Source: Octopus bimaculoides (Eukaryota). From it: a DNA stretch of 64,000 bases. The notes under the pieces are model-generated. The model saw only the letters and a program-made list of their open reading frames with translations, made no database searches and had not been told where the DNA came from. The position numbers were made by a program, and so were the translations under genes. Shown in pieces: positions 26,901 through 40,700 of the stretch (position 1 is the stretch's first letter; every line of letters begins with the position of its first letter). Location of the stretch: NCBI RefSeq assembly GCF_001194135.2, contig NC_069002.1, forward strand, positions 27,383,705 through 27,447,704, read 5' to 3'.

Positions 26901-29900
26901 CTGTTTTGGCATGCATGTTTTACAGCTGGATGCTCTTCCTAATCCTAATGCCAGCCAATTTACTGTGTACTGGGTGGCACCATCATGGGTGCTTTACATA
27001 TGGCACCAGGATAGGTGCCTCATATATGGAACCAACATAGGTGCCTTATATGTGGCACCATCATTTGTGCTTTAGACATGGCACCAGTATGAATGCTTTA
27101 CAGGTGGCACCAGCATGGGTATTTTATATGTGGCGCCAGCAAGGGTGTTTTTTATGTGCCACCAGCACAGGTGCAGTATATGTGAGGCACTCGTGCGTGT
27201 GCTTTATAAATGGATAATGTTTTCTGTTCTTTAACCCTTCAGCATTCAGATTACTCTATTTTATTCTTTTACTGGTTTCAGTCATTTGTCTGAAGCCATG
27301 CTGGAGCACCGCATTTAGTTGAGCAAATCGACCCCAGGACTTATTCTTGGGAAGTCTAGTACTTATTCTATCGGTTTCTTTTGCCAAACTGCTAGGTTAC
27401 AGGGACGTTGTCAAGTGATGTTGGGAGGACAAACACAGACACACAAACATATATACGACGGGTTTCTTTCAGTTTCCGTCTACCAAATCCACTCACAAGG
27501 CTTTGGTCGGCCCGAGGCTATAGTAGAGGACACTTGCCCAAAGTGCCACGCAGTGGGAATGAACCCGGAACCATGTGGTTGGTAAGCAAGCTACTTACCA
27601 CACAGCCACTCCCGTACCTATATGAGAAGTGACATCAACTAAAAACGACAACTTTGATAACCATGAAAAATCTGACAGCTGTGAATCAGCTCTATTCTTT
27701 TCGGTGAGAAAAAAATCTACTTCTCTTCGGAGCTTATCAAAACGAAGTCAAATACTTTTTATATACTCAGGCCTATTCCCTACTTTTCTTAGGAGTGGGT
27801 AACCACAAGACACAGACTAGGCATTCTGTTCATTTCTCAGCTCAAATGTAATCCTTATTTATTCCCATTGTTTTGAATTAACCAAACATTACTTCATAGC
27901 TTTGGTAATTTGGTGAGGTAACTGTTAGTTTTTAGAATAACATTTTAGGGTTGGTGTGAGAGGCCAGACTAGGCCAGTTTGAACAAAAAGCAGGAAGAAT
28001 ATTTCGGCTGGATATGATTGGTTTAGATGCTAAAAGGTTAAAGTTCTTGTTTTCTGAGAGATAATTTCAATTTTTTAAGAATTAAATAAATGATTGTTTT
28101 CATACTTACAGGATTATTAGCTGATTCAATTTCTGAGAAAATTGATTCTGGATAATACCTAAGAAACAGAAAAACATTTAAACCCTTAGGATTATCAGAA
28201 TATAATAATAATCAGCTAACCACCTTGAATGATTACAGATAATAGAAATGATGAAACATAAAAAAAAACCAAACAAGTTCAAGGGAAAAAGCCAAACTAA
28301 GAACTACACGCAACCTTTTCTGAAAATAATTATTTGGTAGATCTTCCATTTTACGACTGCAATTTAGACGGATTTCTTCTTCAACCATTTGGTCAACATA
28401 GGTGCGAAAATATGCCCACAAATAATCACTCCAAGAACGGCAGGCGGGAAGCAGAGCCTTCAGATTTCCACTGAAGGCAGCATAGATAGCTTTCTCGTAG
28501 ATGTTGTATCTGTTCTGAAACGACAGAAGAGCAACTATGTGGTTCCACCGAAAAATTTGGAAAACAGAAACAATACCAAAAATTCTAGCAATTCTATTAG
28601 AACTAAGAAAAAAGCAAAACAAAAACAAAAGAAACCATCATCAGCATCATTCATTATCATTGAACACCTACATTTCCATGTCTGCAGGGATCAGAAGGAA
28701 TTCATTGAAGCAGTGTTTCTTTGGCTGGATGCCCTTCCTGTCACCAACACTCACCTGCTTACAAGCAAAGTAATATTTCACCACAGTCAGAAGTGCAAAA
28801 ACAAGGAGACAAACATACACACACAAACAAAGACATATCATTCTTGATTACTCTTTCTCTCTTCTTCTGGGTAACCATGTATCTCTTTTATAGCAAGAAA
28901 TCTGTTTCTGTCCCTCTGTCACATTCTAACCTCTCATCATATGGCACCAGGTCACCTCCTCCAATACCCCCACCTCTCAAAGGATCTTTCTCTTGTGAGT
29001 TACTTGGTGACCCCCACCAGTGCTGGTGTCAAGTGAAAAAAAAGCATACAGTTTATGCTGTGAAGTGGCTGATGTTTGGAAGGGTGTCCAGCTCTAAAAA
29101 AATCATGCCAAAGCAGACCTCACCAATGCTGGTGCCACATAAAAAGCACTCAGTCCACTTAAAGGTGGTTGGTGTTAGGAAGGGCATCCAGCCATAAAAA
29201 CCAAGCCAAAGCCAAAATAGACAGGGAAACCTGGTGCGGTCTTTTGGCTAGCCAGTTCCTGTAAAACTGTCCAAGCCATGCCAGCAGGGAAAACGGACAT
29301 TAAATGATGATGATGGTATCTATCTATCTATATATATATTTGCATAAATATATGAGGGGCTTCTTTCAGTTTCCATCTACTAAATCTGTTCACAAGGTTT
29401 TGACCAGCCTGGGACTATAGTAGAAGACACTTGAAAAAATAGAGCAACAAAAGGGTTAAATAGTGATTATTCAGAAAAGAACAAAACCCCAATTGTTACC
29501 AATATTTGTAATTGCAGGATAGTCTGGACAGACATCAACCAACAAAGGAACGGAATTACAAATAAGTTTTTTTAATAACTCTACCTCTTGACACACGGCC
29601 CAAGATACACGTTTCCACACATCTCTGAACAGATTGCCTTCCACAGGTTGAAGGTTTTCTTCATTATACGTCTCAAAGTTGGCATCATGATATAATCGCC
29701 AGCCTTCGAGAGATGCAGCGCGCCATGCTTGTCCGTGATTGCAACTGATTTTCTGGGCCTGAAATGTAAAGATAAGAAGAATGTAGATATGTAAACCAAC
29801 AGAGTGGAAATATAAACTTAGCATATTTATCTATTTGTTTATTGATTACAAGCAACAAGGAAAAAAAAATGATGAACTCCCTTAATTGACTTTCGATTCC

Positions 29901-32006
29901 TTTTGGGGTTACATTAGTTGTGGCTGTTGTTGGTGTCACAAAGCTGGCACCTGTGCAGGTGGCACATAAAAAGCACCTTTCATGTGTTGGGCCTCACAGA
30001 GGCAATGACAAATGACCGAGACCTTTGGCAATATACTGTGCTTGAGAAGACCCACAAAGCCAAGTGAAATCGTAGTCGTGGCAGATACCGGTGTCATGCA
30101 ACTGGCACCTGCGCCGGTGGCACGTAAAAGCACCCATTACACTCTCAGAGTGGTTGGTGTGAGGAAGGGCATCCAGCCATAGAAACCATGCCAAATCAGA
30201 CTAGAGTCTGGTGCAGCCCCTCAGCTTACAAGTCCTGGTCAAACTGTCCAACTGAGGCCAGAATAGACAACAAACATTTGATGATGATTAGTAGAGGTGT
30301 CTACATCACTTGATGCAGCCAGTCTGTTTACATACACATCCAATCTAATAATCTCTTTCTCATTGGACTTTTTGTACAGAACTGTGTCAAAAGTTCAACA
30401 TCAAAAGAATATCATGTTATATATATGTAGTTGCTCTTCACAAAACCATTCCAAGTAACATACCTGCTCTATATCTCCAGCTCGGATACAGGCAAACATT
30501 CGCTGCAGTAAAATAAGATCATCTTCCTGATCGAGGTCGTCCAGTGCTTTTCCTTGACGTAAAGGAGCATCAGGGTCCTGATAATAGACATTAAAAGAGA
30601 TGTAATTATTCCTAACATATATTGCAACTATGTAAACAAATTACCAATCCTTCACTCTTCAACTGAGTGATGTTATCTGCCTGGCTCAGACCTTTACCTA
30701 AATAATAATAATAATAATATGCAGAATACGTGGAGATGGACAAGAAACAATAAATCATATTATCTCTGGTTGCCCAGACACGACAGAGCTGGGACATACA
30801 CACACTGGAAGCTATGCCAACACTATGGAATAACAATAGAAAAAAGATGGTATAGGCACACGCCAGAAAAGGTCACAGAAAACGAGAAAGCAACCATACT
30901 CTGGGATATGCCAATACACACAGATAGAGAAATTAAGGCTAATAGGCCAGATATAGTAGTCAAAGATCATGAAGGAAAAAAATGCTTCCTAATTGATGTA
31001 TCAATACCAGCAGATGACAACGTTTCTCTAAAAGAAATGGAAAACAAAGGAGAGTGAGTTGGAGAGTAAGATGAAGAGAGTAAAAATGAGAGAAACGAAG
31101 GTGGGGATGTATTGGGACATGCNNNNNNNNNNNNNNNNNNNNNNNNNNNNNNNNNNNNNNNNNNNNNNNNNNNNNNNNNNNNNNNNNNNNNNNNNNNNNN
31201 NNNNNNNNNNNNNNNNNNNNNNNNNNNNNNNNNNNNNNNNNNNNNNNNNNNNNNNNNNNNNNNNNNNNNNNNNNNNNNNNNNNNNNNNNNNNNNNNNNNN
31301 NNNNNNNNNNNNNNNNNNNNNNNNNNNNNNNNNNNNNNNNNNNNNNNNNNNNNNNNNNNNNNNNNNNNNNNNNNNNNNNNNNNNNNNNNNNNNNNNNNNN
31401 NNNNNNNNNNNNNNNNNNNNNNNNNNNNNNNNNNNNNNNNNNNNNNNNNNNNNNNNNNNNNNNNNNNNNNNNNNNNNNNNNNNNNNNNNNNNNNNNNNNN
31501 NNNNNNNNNNNNNNNNNNNNNNNNNNNNNNNNNNNNNNNNNNNNNNNNNNNNNNNNNNNNNNNNNNNNNNNNNNNNNNNNNNNNNNNNNNNNNNNNNNNN
31601 NNNNNNNNNNNNNNNNNNNNNNNNNNNNNNNNNNNNNNNNNNNNNNNNNNNNNNNNNNNNNNNNNNNNNNNNNNNNNNNNNNNNNNNNNNNNNNNNNNNN
31701 NNNNNNNNNNNNNNNNNNNNNNNNNNNNNNNNNNNNNNNNNNNNNNNNNNNNNNNNNNNNNNNNNNNNNNNNNNNNNNNNNNNNNNNNNNNNNNNNNNNN
31801 NNNNNNNNNNNNNNNNNNNNNNNNNNNNNNNNNNNNNNNNGGTTGGCGTTAGGAAGGGCATCCAGCTGTAGAAACTCTGCCAAATCAGACTGGAGCCTGG
31901 TGTTGCCATCCGGTTTCACCAGTCCTCAGTCAAATCGTCCAACCCATGCTAGCATGGAAAGCGGACGTTAAACGACGATGATGATGATGATGATGATGTA
32001 CACATA

Positions 32007-32037
<31 letters not shown>

Positions 32038-33068
32038 AAACCAAATAACTCATTTGACCAAGGTTGAAAAATGATGGAGAACAAATTCAAGGGAGATAAT
32101 AACTCACCAATTCATCAATCAGGGGCCGTTCAGTTTCTGATACGGCAAGCTGCTTTCTCTTACGAAGCCGGTGAAGGGTGTTTTCCCTAAAAAAGATTTC
32201 AGAAATAAAAATATATAAATATATAAATGGAATCTTATTTTTTTGGAAATATTTCCTGAAGCCTGTATCAAACAGAAATGTTCAACAATAGAATGTCTAA
32301 GCTGAATAAAGAGTAACCTTTAGAAGACAGGTGTCTGGTCTGAAGATTACTATCTCCTACAAGTCTTTGAGGCGCTGTAGAGGGTCACAGGCACTGTCTT
32401 CTTTCCTGGCTATGAGGTGATGAAAGCTTAAACAGGATATCAAAACAACACCTATTACAACCAGATAGTAATTAAAACATATGCAGTAAAAACCAGCAGT
32501 AGTAAAAAACAGTAATGTCACAATACTGCCGACTACTAGATAAGACATCGGAATGTCACAATAATGCCTAATATCAGGTAAGACATCACAATATTTAATG
32601 ACATCGCAATATCACATCTCTAGTGAAAAAAAGGTAATGTTACCATCTCAAGTCACACAGACGCATAAGGGCCGATTTCCTGGTTTCCATGGCGTATACA
32701 CTCCCCTCCTGGATGGGACGACGGTCCCTCGCAGGATTACTCATTTTTGTCAGCTGAGTGGACTGAAGCAACGTGAAATGAAGTGTTTTGTTTAACAACA
32801 CAACACGTTGCCTGGTCCAGGAATCGAAACCACAATCTTATGATAACTATATATATGAGGAATTTACTTTTTTAGTTGTTTCGGTCATTTGACTGCGGCC
32901 ATGCTGGAGCAACACCTTTTTAGTCGAAGAAATCGATCCCAAGACTTATTCTTTGTAAGCCTGGTGCTTATTCTATCAGGCTCTTCTGCTGAACCACTAA
33001 GTCACAGGGATGTAAATACACCAGCATCGGTTGTCAAGTGATTGTGGGGGTGACAAACACAAATACAA

Positions 33069-33134
<66 letters not shown>

Positions 33135-34749
33135 GACATGTTTCTTTCAGTTTTCGTCTTCCAAATCTACTCACAAGGCTTTGGTTGGCCTGTGGCTATA
33201 GTAGAAGACATTTGCCCAAGGTGCCACACAGCGGAATAGAACCCGGAACCATGTGGTTGGGAAGCAAGCTTCTTACCACACAGCCATGCCTGTGCCTAGG
33301 AATTGTATTAAAAAATTGCTAAAATATTTTGCAAATTGTAGAAATATAACCAAATTATGACAGATAAATTTTAACAATATCTTATATGGACCTCAGCTGA
33401 GAACCACTGATTTCAAGAAGAAAAGCTGCCAAAACTTACCAAGCCACTTCTTTACCGGCATAAAACTCTGGATTGTCTGCAAGTGTGGAGAGATGTTCAT
33501 GACTGCAACTTTCCAACCAGTCAACTACAATCTAGAGTACAAAAATAAAGAATTCTTATTAACAAAGAAACTGTTAGTTTTTAATACAGACTTCCAATTT
33601 TTGACACAAGGCCAGTAATTTCAAGGGGCGAGGCTAGGTCAATTGCAATGACCCCAGAGCTCATCTGGCACATATTTTATCAGCCAAGAAAAGATGAAAG
33701 CCAAAGTCAATCCTGGCAGCATTTGAACTAAGAACACCAAAAGCTGGAAGAAATAATATAAAGTATTTTGTCTGGTGCCGTAACAAATCTGCCAGCTTGT
33801 TGCTTTAATTCTAATTTCTAATGATGCTTTCTTGTTCACAATACAGATTTAAAAGTGGTAAACATCATTAACAGCATCCGTAAACTGATTATGGAGGATG
33901 TACTTAGAGTTGCTTAAGATGTCACCACACATCAGATTAAATAGTTAACATATAAGCATCATTATTTAACGTCTGTTGTCCATGCTGGTATGGGTTAGAT
34001 GGTTTGACCAGAGGTGGCATGTTGGGTAGCTGCAGCAGATTCCAGTCTGATTTGGCTTGGTTCATATGGATGGATGCCCTTCCTAACGCCAACCACTTTA
34101 CAGAGTGTGCTGGGTGCTTTTAACATAGCACCGCAAAGGCACTTTTACATGGCACCAGCACAGGACCCCAAGGGGACTGGTCTTAACACTTCTGCTGCAG
34201 AGGATGGGTGTTTTTGTATAGAGAAAGATTCAGCATCCTGATGTCGTCCTTCAGTACTTTGTCCCATAAAAGAGGATACTGTAAAATATATAGCATATAT
34301 AGCATATGTGACAGAGGCAAAGTGGCTGAGCTTTCAAGTGCTGGGCCTCACAGAAGCGAGGTGGCTGAGTTCCTTTCGAGCATTGGGCTTCATGGAGACA
34401 AAGTGGCTGAGTACCTTTTGAGTGTTGGGCCTCACAGAGGCAATGACCGAGACCTTTGGCATCATGTCGTGATTGAGAAGAAGACCCATCAAACCGAGTA
34501 AAATTGCAGTCATGGCAGATACCAGTGTCATGCAAATTGGCACCCATGTCAGTGACACATAAACGTACCCAGGTGTCGTGCCGGTGGCACATAAAAGTAC
34601 ACATTACACTCTCGGAGTGGTTGGTGTTAGGAAGGGCATCCAGCTGTAGAAAACCATGCCAAATCAGACTGGAGTCTGGAGCAGCCTTCCAGCCCTTTCA
34701 AACCGTCCAACCCATGCCAGCATGGATAACGGATGTTAAATCATGATGA

Positions 34750-34789
<40 letters not shown>

Positions 34790-37700
34790 ATGTTTGTGTA
34801 TGCGTATGCATATGATTTTGTGTGTACCCTTGTCTAGACTTCATGTGATGCATGTAAATGAGCATCACTGTCATACAAGAGGGGTTGTTTGCTTCTTCCA
34901 TGAACAAAAAAAACAAGTCTAGCTATGGGAAAATACTACTTTGGTTGGTTGGCAACAGGAATAGCACTAGGCTGTAGAAATTCTGCCTCAAAACATTCCA
35001 TATTAATCCTGGAATCATGGAAAAGTGGGTGTTAAATGATGATAAAATATATAAATGTATTGTATTTGTGTCTGTGTGTGTATATAAATCATTGTTTGCC
35101 TATAACATGGCTAGACGTTGCAGCTTTTGTTTGAATGGAGTCTTCTCTATAGAAATGAAACAATATTCTATGCAGGGACGAACGCTCTTTCTCACATATA
35201 TGCATAAAATAGGGAAGATGTTTAACTAAGAGGAAATCAAAATATTACTTGTGCTTCTCTGACACTGGAATCCTTCTTAAACAGACGAGACATCAGGTTG
35301 TATTCACTGGGATATTGGAGCTGAAAATAATAATGATAATAATAATAATAATAATGATAATAATAATAATAATAAATAATAATCCTTTCTACAATAGACA
35401 GAAGGTCTGAAATTTTGGGGGAGGGGACTAATCGATTACATCAACCCCAGTGTTTCACTGGTACTTAATTTATTGATCCCTGAAAGGATGAAAGGCAAAG
35501 TCGACCTTGGTGGAATTTGAACGCAGAACATAAAGATGGATGAAATACCGCTAAGCATTTCGCTTGGTGTGCAGACGATTCTGCCAGCTCACCACCTTAA
35601 TAATAGTAAATAACAATAATAATAATAATAATAATAATAATAATCTCATGATTGATCAGACTATTGGATGTTGTTATACAACGCTGGTCACAGTGCGCTT
35701 TGCTTTGTTTTAGCTTTTGAACAATGCCACCCCACTAGTTAGGCAAACAGTTCAACATTCCGTTCAACTGGAAAGCTATTCCGTTGCAGGGTTACTGCAT
35801 TTACAGTTGAGTGGACTGGAGCAATGTGAAATGAAGTGTCTTGCTCAAGAACACAATCTGCTACTCAATCTTGGAACTGAACCCACGACCACTAAATCGT
35901 GAGTGTAACACCCTAACCACTTGGCCATATGCTTCCACAATAATATATTTAAAGAATGTAAACAAAACCAACACTAATCCCTCAGCAATGAAGTTTAATA
36001 CTTTACTAGAATTAATTACTGAACAAATTATACTTTTTTCTGATTAATTACTAATTATATTTCCCATGAAAATTCTTACTCATAATATTAAAAATATTCT
36101 GTAAGACGATTCACAAGAGTTCATCTCTTCTTTCTACAACTGGAATTACATGAAAATAGAACCTACTGACATTGGCTCCTCTCCGTCCTGCTCCATTTGA
36201 CTGTCTTCAAGGCGATTAATCAACAAAGAGATGAGAAGTTGCCACGTACAGCGCTCAGCGTACAAAAGGTTGTAAACATCAAGCTTTTTATTGTATCTGT
36301 GTGAGAGAGAGAGAGAGAGATAAAGACACAAGAAATTTTAAAGTTGAGAGTGCAGCTCTTGAGTGGAAAGAAGAGAAAGAAGTATTTATTTTACAAAAAA
36401 ATGTAATTCTTTCTCTTGAATGAAGAAGAAAAACATCACCATCATTGTTTAACATCCATGTATTTTATAAATCAGTTGTGCCTGTTTCTTGAATAATATC
36501 TGTTCCTGTCTGGCAGATACAAGGCAGACTCATATACACACATGCACAGATATATATATACACACACACGCACACATATATATACAATTAGAGGTTGTGT
36601 TAATTTCATGAAAGGATGGTTTCATCCAAGGAAATACTGGTTCAATACCTAGTATTTTTGGGAAATTAATTTCCTTTAAAGTTTATGTTCATATAAAAGA
36701 AAAAGAAAATGGAGACTGGGAAGTTAATACTTGTTTATTATTAACAGCAAATTAATCATCATCCTTTACAGCTGTTTCAATTAATACTCAGTAAATATTA
36801 AATTTATTTGACCTGAGTATAATATATGTGTTTATGGATTCATTATAGTAGACTGTCCCAATCTTCATTTCTTTTTAATAGTATTTAACAAAGATTTTCT
36901 TTCACCTCAGGACATAACTTAAATTCTGCATTATTTTAAAGGACTTTTTTGCATTAATGCAGACATGTAAGTAATTTATCTATTATTAAATATAATATAA
37001 ATTATTTACATGTTTTTAAGTTATGAAACAATTTGTCGTGATATTTGGATTTTCTTATTGTCAAATAAAATTTCATCAAACTAATTCTCTATCATTTATG
37101 ACTTTATATACACATACACACATATATATATGTATGTATATATATATACACACACACACATATATATATATAGGCACAGGCATGGTTGTATTGTAAGAAG
37201 CTTGCTTCCCAACCACATGGCTCCAGGTTCAGTACTACTGTGTGGCACCTTGGGCTGACCAAAACCTTGTGAGTGGATTTGGTAGATGGAAACTGAAAGA
37301 AGTCTGTTGTATATATATGTGTGTGTGTGTATGTGTGCACATGTTTTTGACTTTGTTTCTGTGTTTGTCCCTCAACACTGCTTGAAAATTGGTGTTGGTA
37401 TGTTTCTGTAACTTAGAGGTTCAGCAAAAGAGACTGATAGAATAAGTACCAGGCTTAAAAAAAAAAAAAAAATTCGAGATTGATTTGTTTGACTAAAAAT
37501 TCTTCAAGGCATTGCCCCAGCATGGCTGCAGTCAAATAACTGAAGAAAGTAAAAGTCAGAAGAATAGAAGCTACTTACTTGACTTGGTTTGGGGCAGCCC
37601 TCATGATAATTGTCTTGAGAAGGTGCAGATGTTCAGCACAGACAGCCTCATACTGCTTCAACAAATCAAACAACTGTTGGGGTCTGATTGATTCTTTGAA

Positions 37701-40700
37701 TGCTTGCTGGAACTCACTGTAGACTCCAGTACAGGCTAAACATAGCAAACAAGATGATGGATAGATTAGATGCAATTTTGGATAAATGATACAGTTTTAG
37801 CAATTATGTTATTTCTGGAAAGTGGCATTATTTATGAAGCCTATAAACATACTCACCAGTTGTTGTGTCTATATTTCACTTCTCTTTCTTTTTTAACACA
37901 ACTCATGTTTATGTCCACCCAAAAGTTTTCTGCTATAACACCCTCTAGCTTCCTCAAGAGATCATACATTTTTCAGGGCAAGTGAAATCGAAATCGTAAT
38001 TGAACCATATTCGATGACCGGCACCTGTGCCAGTGGAGCACTAACAGCACCGTCCGAGCATGATCATTGCCAGAGCAGCTGTCTGGCTTTCATGCTAGTG
38101 GCACATCCAGTCCTCAGTCAAATCGTCCAACCCATGCTAGCATGGAAAGCAGACGTTAAACGATGATGATTTATTTGGAGAGATTTTTTTCTCTTCTCTC
38201 CATATATATACATATATACATACATGTATAGACACACACTATTGAGAAAAGTATAGATTGATGCAGTGTAAAAATACTTTTGGATACATAAACAAGCATC
38301 GTTTTGAAAAAGAGAAGTGAAATATAGACAAGCAACAACCAGTGTGTGTGGGGGGCTGACTTCATCAGTTATGGCTCTACTCAAATATAGCACAATTTGT
38401 TTTCACACAGTTTCAGATCCAAATACTTGCAAAAAGAATCCAAAATCAAAACTTTTAGAATCCGTTTTGTAGAAACTGGTTGTTCTTCCTGCCGCCAATT
38501 ATTCAACTTCCAAATTCAAAATATACAATGTTACAATATTCATTTTTATCTTATGTTTATATTGTTTTTAAAATGTTATCTTAATTTTATCACAGACACA
38601 AATGATTACTTCCATACACATGGACAAACCGTTCTCACTTCAACACTTCTGTTAACTGAATATTCCTTTGTAACAAAGTGGCAAACTGGCAGAATTCTTA
38701 GCATTCCAGGCAAAAACACTTAGCAGCATTTCGTCTGTCCTTATGCTCTGAGTTCAAATTCCAATGAGGTCCACTTTACTTTTCATCCTCCATCATGGGC
38801 TGGGTCAGGGCAGAGCATGCATTTTCTGTTGGAACATTTGTTAACCTGTATAATGTGGACGGCCTTTCTTTTTTTGCCACACACTCTACTAGAAGAGGAG
38901 CTGAAATAATTCCAACTTACCAGCAAGTTCTGGGTCATCTTGTAACAAGAGACCCAAATTAGTTGTTGTCACATCATCAAACACTCCCTCCTGAAAACAC
39001 AAGCAGAAACCCCACTTTTAAAAGCAGTTTCATTACAAAAGTACATAAGCACAAAGACAACATTAACACTTTTGTTATGATATTTCTGTTGAAATACACT
39101 GGCTTTGTTCCAATTAATTTTCAAAATAATCCTTTCTATTATAGGCACATAGCCTGAAATTTGTGGGGAGAGGACTAATTGATTAGATTGACCCCGTGAA
39201 CGACTGGTAGTTATTTTATTAACCCTGAAAGGATGAAAGGCAAAATTGACCCCAGAATGTAAAGACAGATGAATGTAGCAAAGCTGGAATGTTTGGAATG
39301 TAAATTAACATGACATTTTGATAGGTTTTAATTTAGGTCACTTTAAAACAAAGTTTGTATGATAAAAATCAGGGTGGGTTGGTAAGTTAAGAGTGGGCCC
39401 TGCCCACTCGTAACTTACCAACCCCTCAAAAAACAGATCTAGGCTGAGAAATTACCAATTCTTTAAATGCACAACATACTGTTATTATTCATTTATTTTC
39501 ATGTTGGTTTTTTTTTTTTCCATGCCAGCATGGGCTGGGGCTGGTTATGCAAAACAGGTGTAGGATACAGCCGTGAACTCACTTTATTTGTCAGGTCTTC
39601 GCAGTCACAGCATATCTCCAGAGGTCTCGGTCTTTCGTCATTGCCTCTGTGAGGCCCATTACATTTGGACGATAAATAATACTTACAGATGGAACCCAAA
39701 CCAATCCCATTGCTATTTCTGAAGAAAGATTAGATTACCTTCAGGTGAGACACAAAGTTCCATCTTTGAGAAAGAGAGGGAGAGACAGAGAGAGCATGAG
39801 TGAGATATACAGTAACATGATGGTTGTTGGTAAAGAGATTGAGTAGAAAGAGCATGAATGAAGAGTGATGGTGAGAGAGAGTAGAAGAAAGAGCAATGTG
39901 AAGGAAAGAGAGTGTAACAAAGATAGTTGGTGATAGGGAGACCTGACATAAATGTGATGGGTGGGAGAGACCCAAATATAAATGCTAAGCATTGTAACCT
40001 CTCATACTACTATTATTGTCATGTTTATCTTTGTTTTACCTGTACTTGCAAACTTAAAAAGGATGACAATGATACAATCAAATATGAAGATACACAACTT
40101 ACCAACAGTGACTGGTTTGCAGGACTGCCCGCAGGGGGTAAGAACACAGATTCACTGAATGACTGAAGAAAAAGATATTAAATACAAAAGATTAAAGCAT
40201 TTCTATCTCTAGAAAGAAAAAATAAAAGGGTTTTAAAAAGTTTATAGTTTAGGGAACAGAAAAGTTTTAACCCTTTAGCATTTAAACTGACCCAAATATT
40301 CTTCCTGCTTTATGTTCAACCTGGCCAGATCCAGCCTCTCACATGTACTCTACAATGTCTTTCTAAACATAAACAATCAAATCATTGAAATTTGAAAGCT
40401 ACAAGATAATACATGAGTGATTCAAAGTGACATGAATATATAAGCATTATATTTGACAGAGTAAGAAGAATTCTAATGTAAAAGTAAAAGCTACCTTCTT
40501 GGGAGTCATGTCGACTCATAAGGGCCAGTTTCCCAGTTTCATGGCGTATATATTCCCCACCTGGATGGGACGCTGGTCCTTCGCAGGATAACTCACTTTT
40601 GCCAGCTGAGTAGACAAGGAGCAATGTGAAATGAAATGTTCTGCTGAATGGCACAACGCGTCACCCGGTCCAGGAATTGAAACCACAATCTTATGATCAT

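Noticed and set aside
26975-27190. CRISPR-like repeat array
   Set aside because: Eukaryotic intron, degenerate tandem units without unique spacers, derived from a retroelement, and no cas genes.
30719-31057. 112-aa ORF as a host gene
   Set aside because: It is an RLE retrotransposon fragment.
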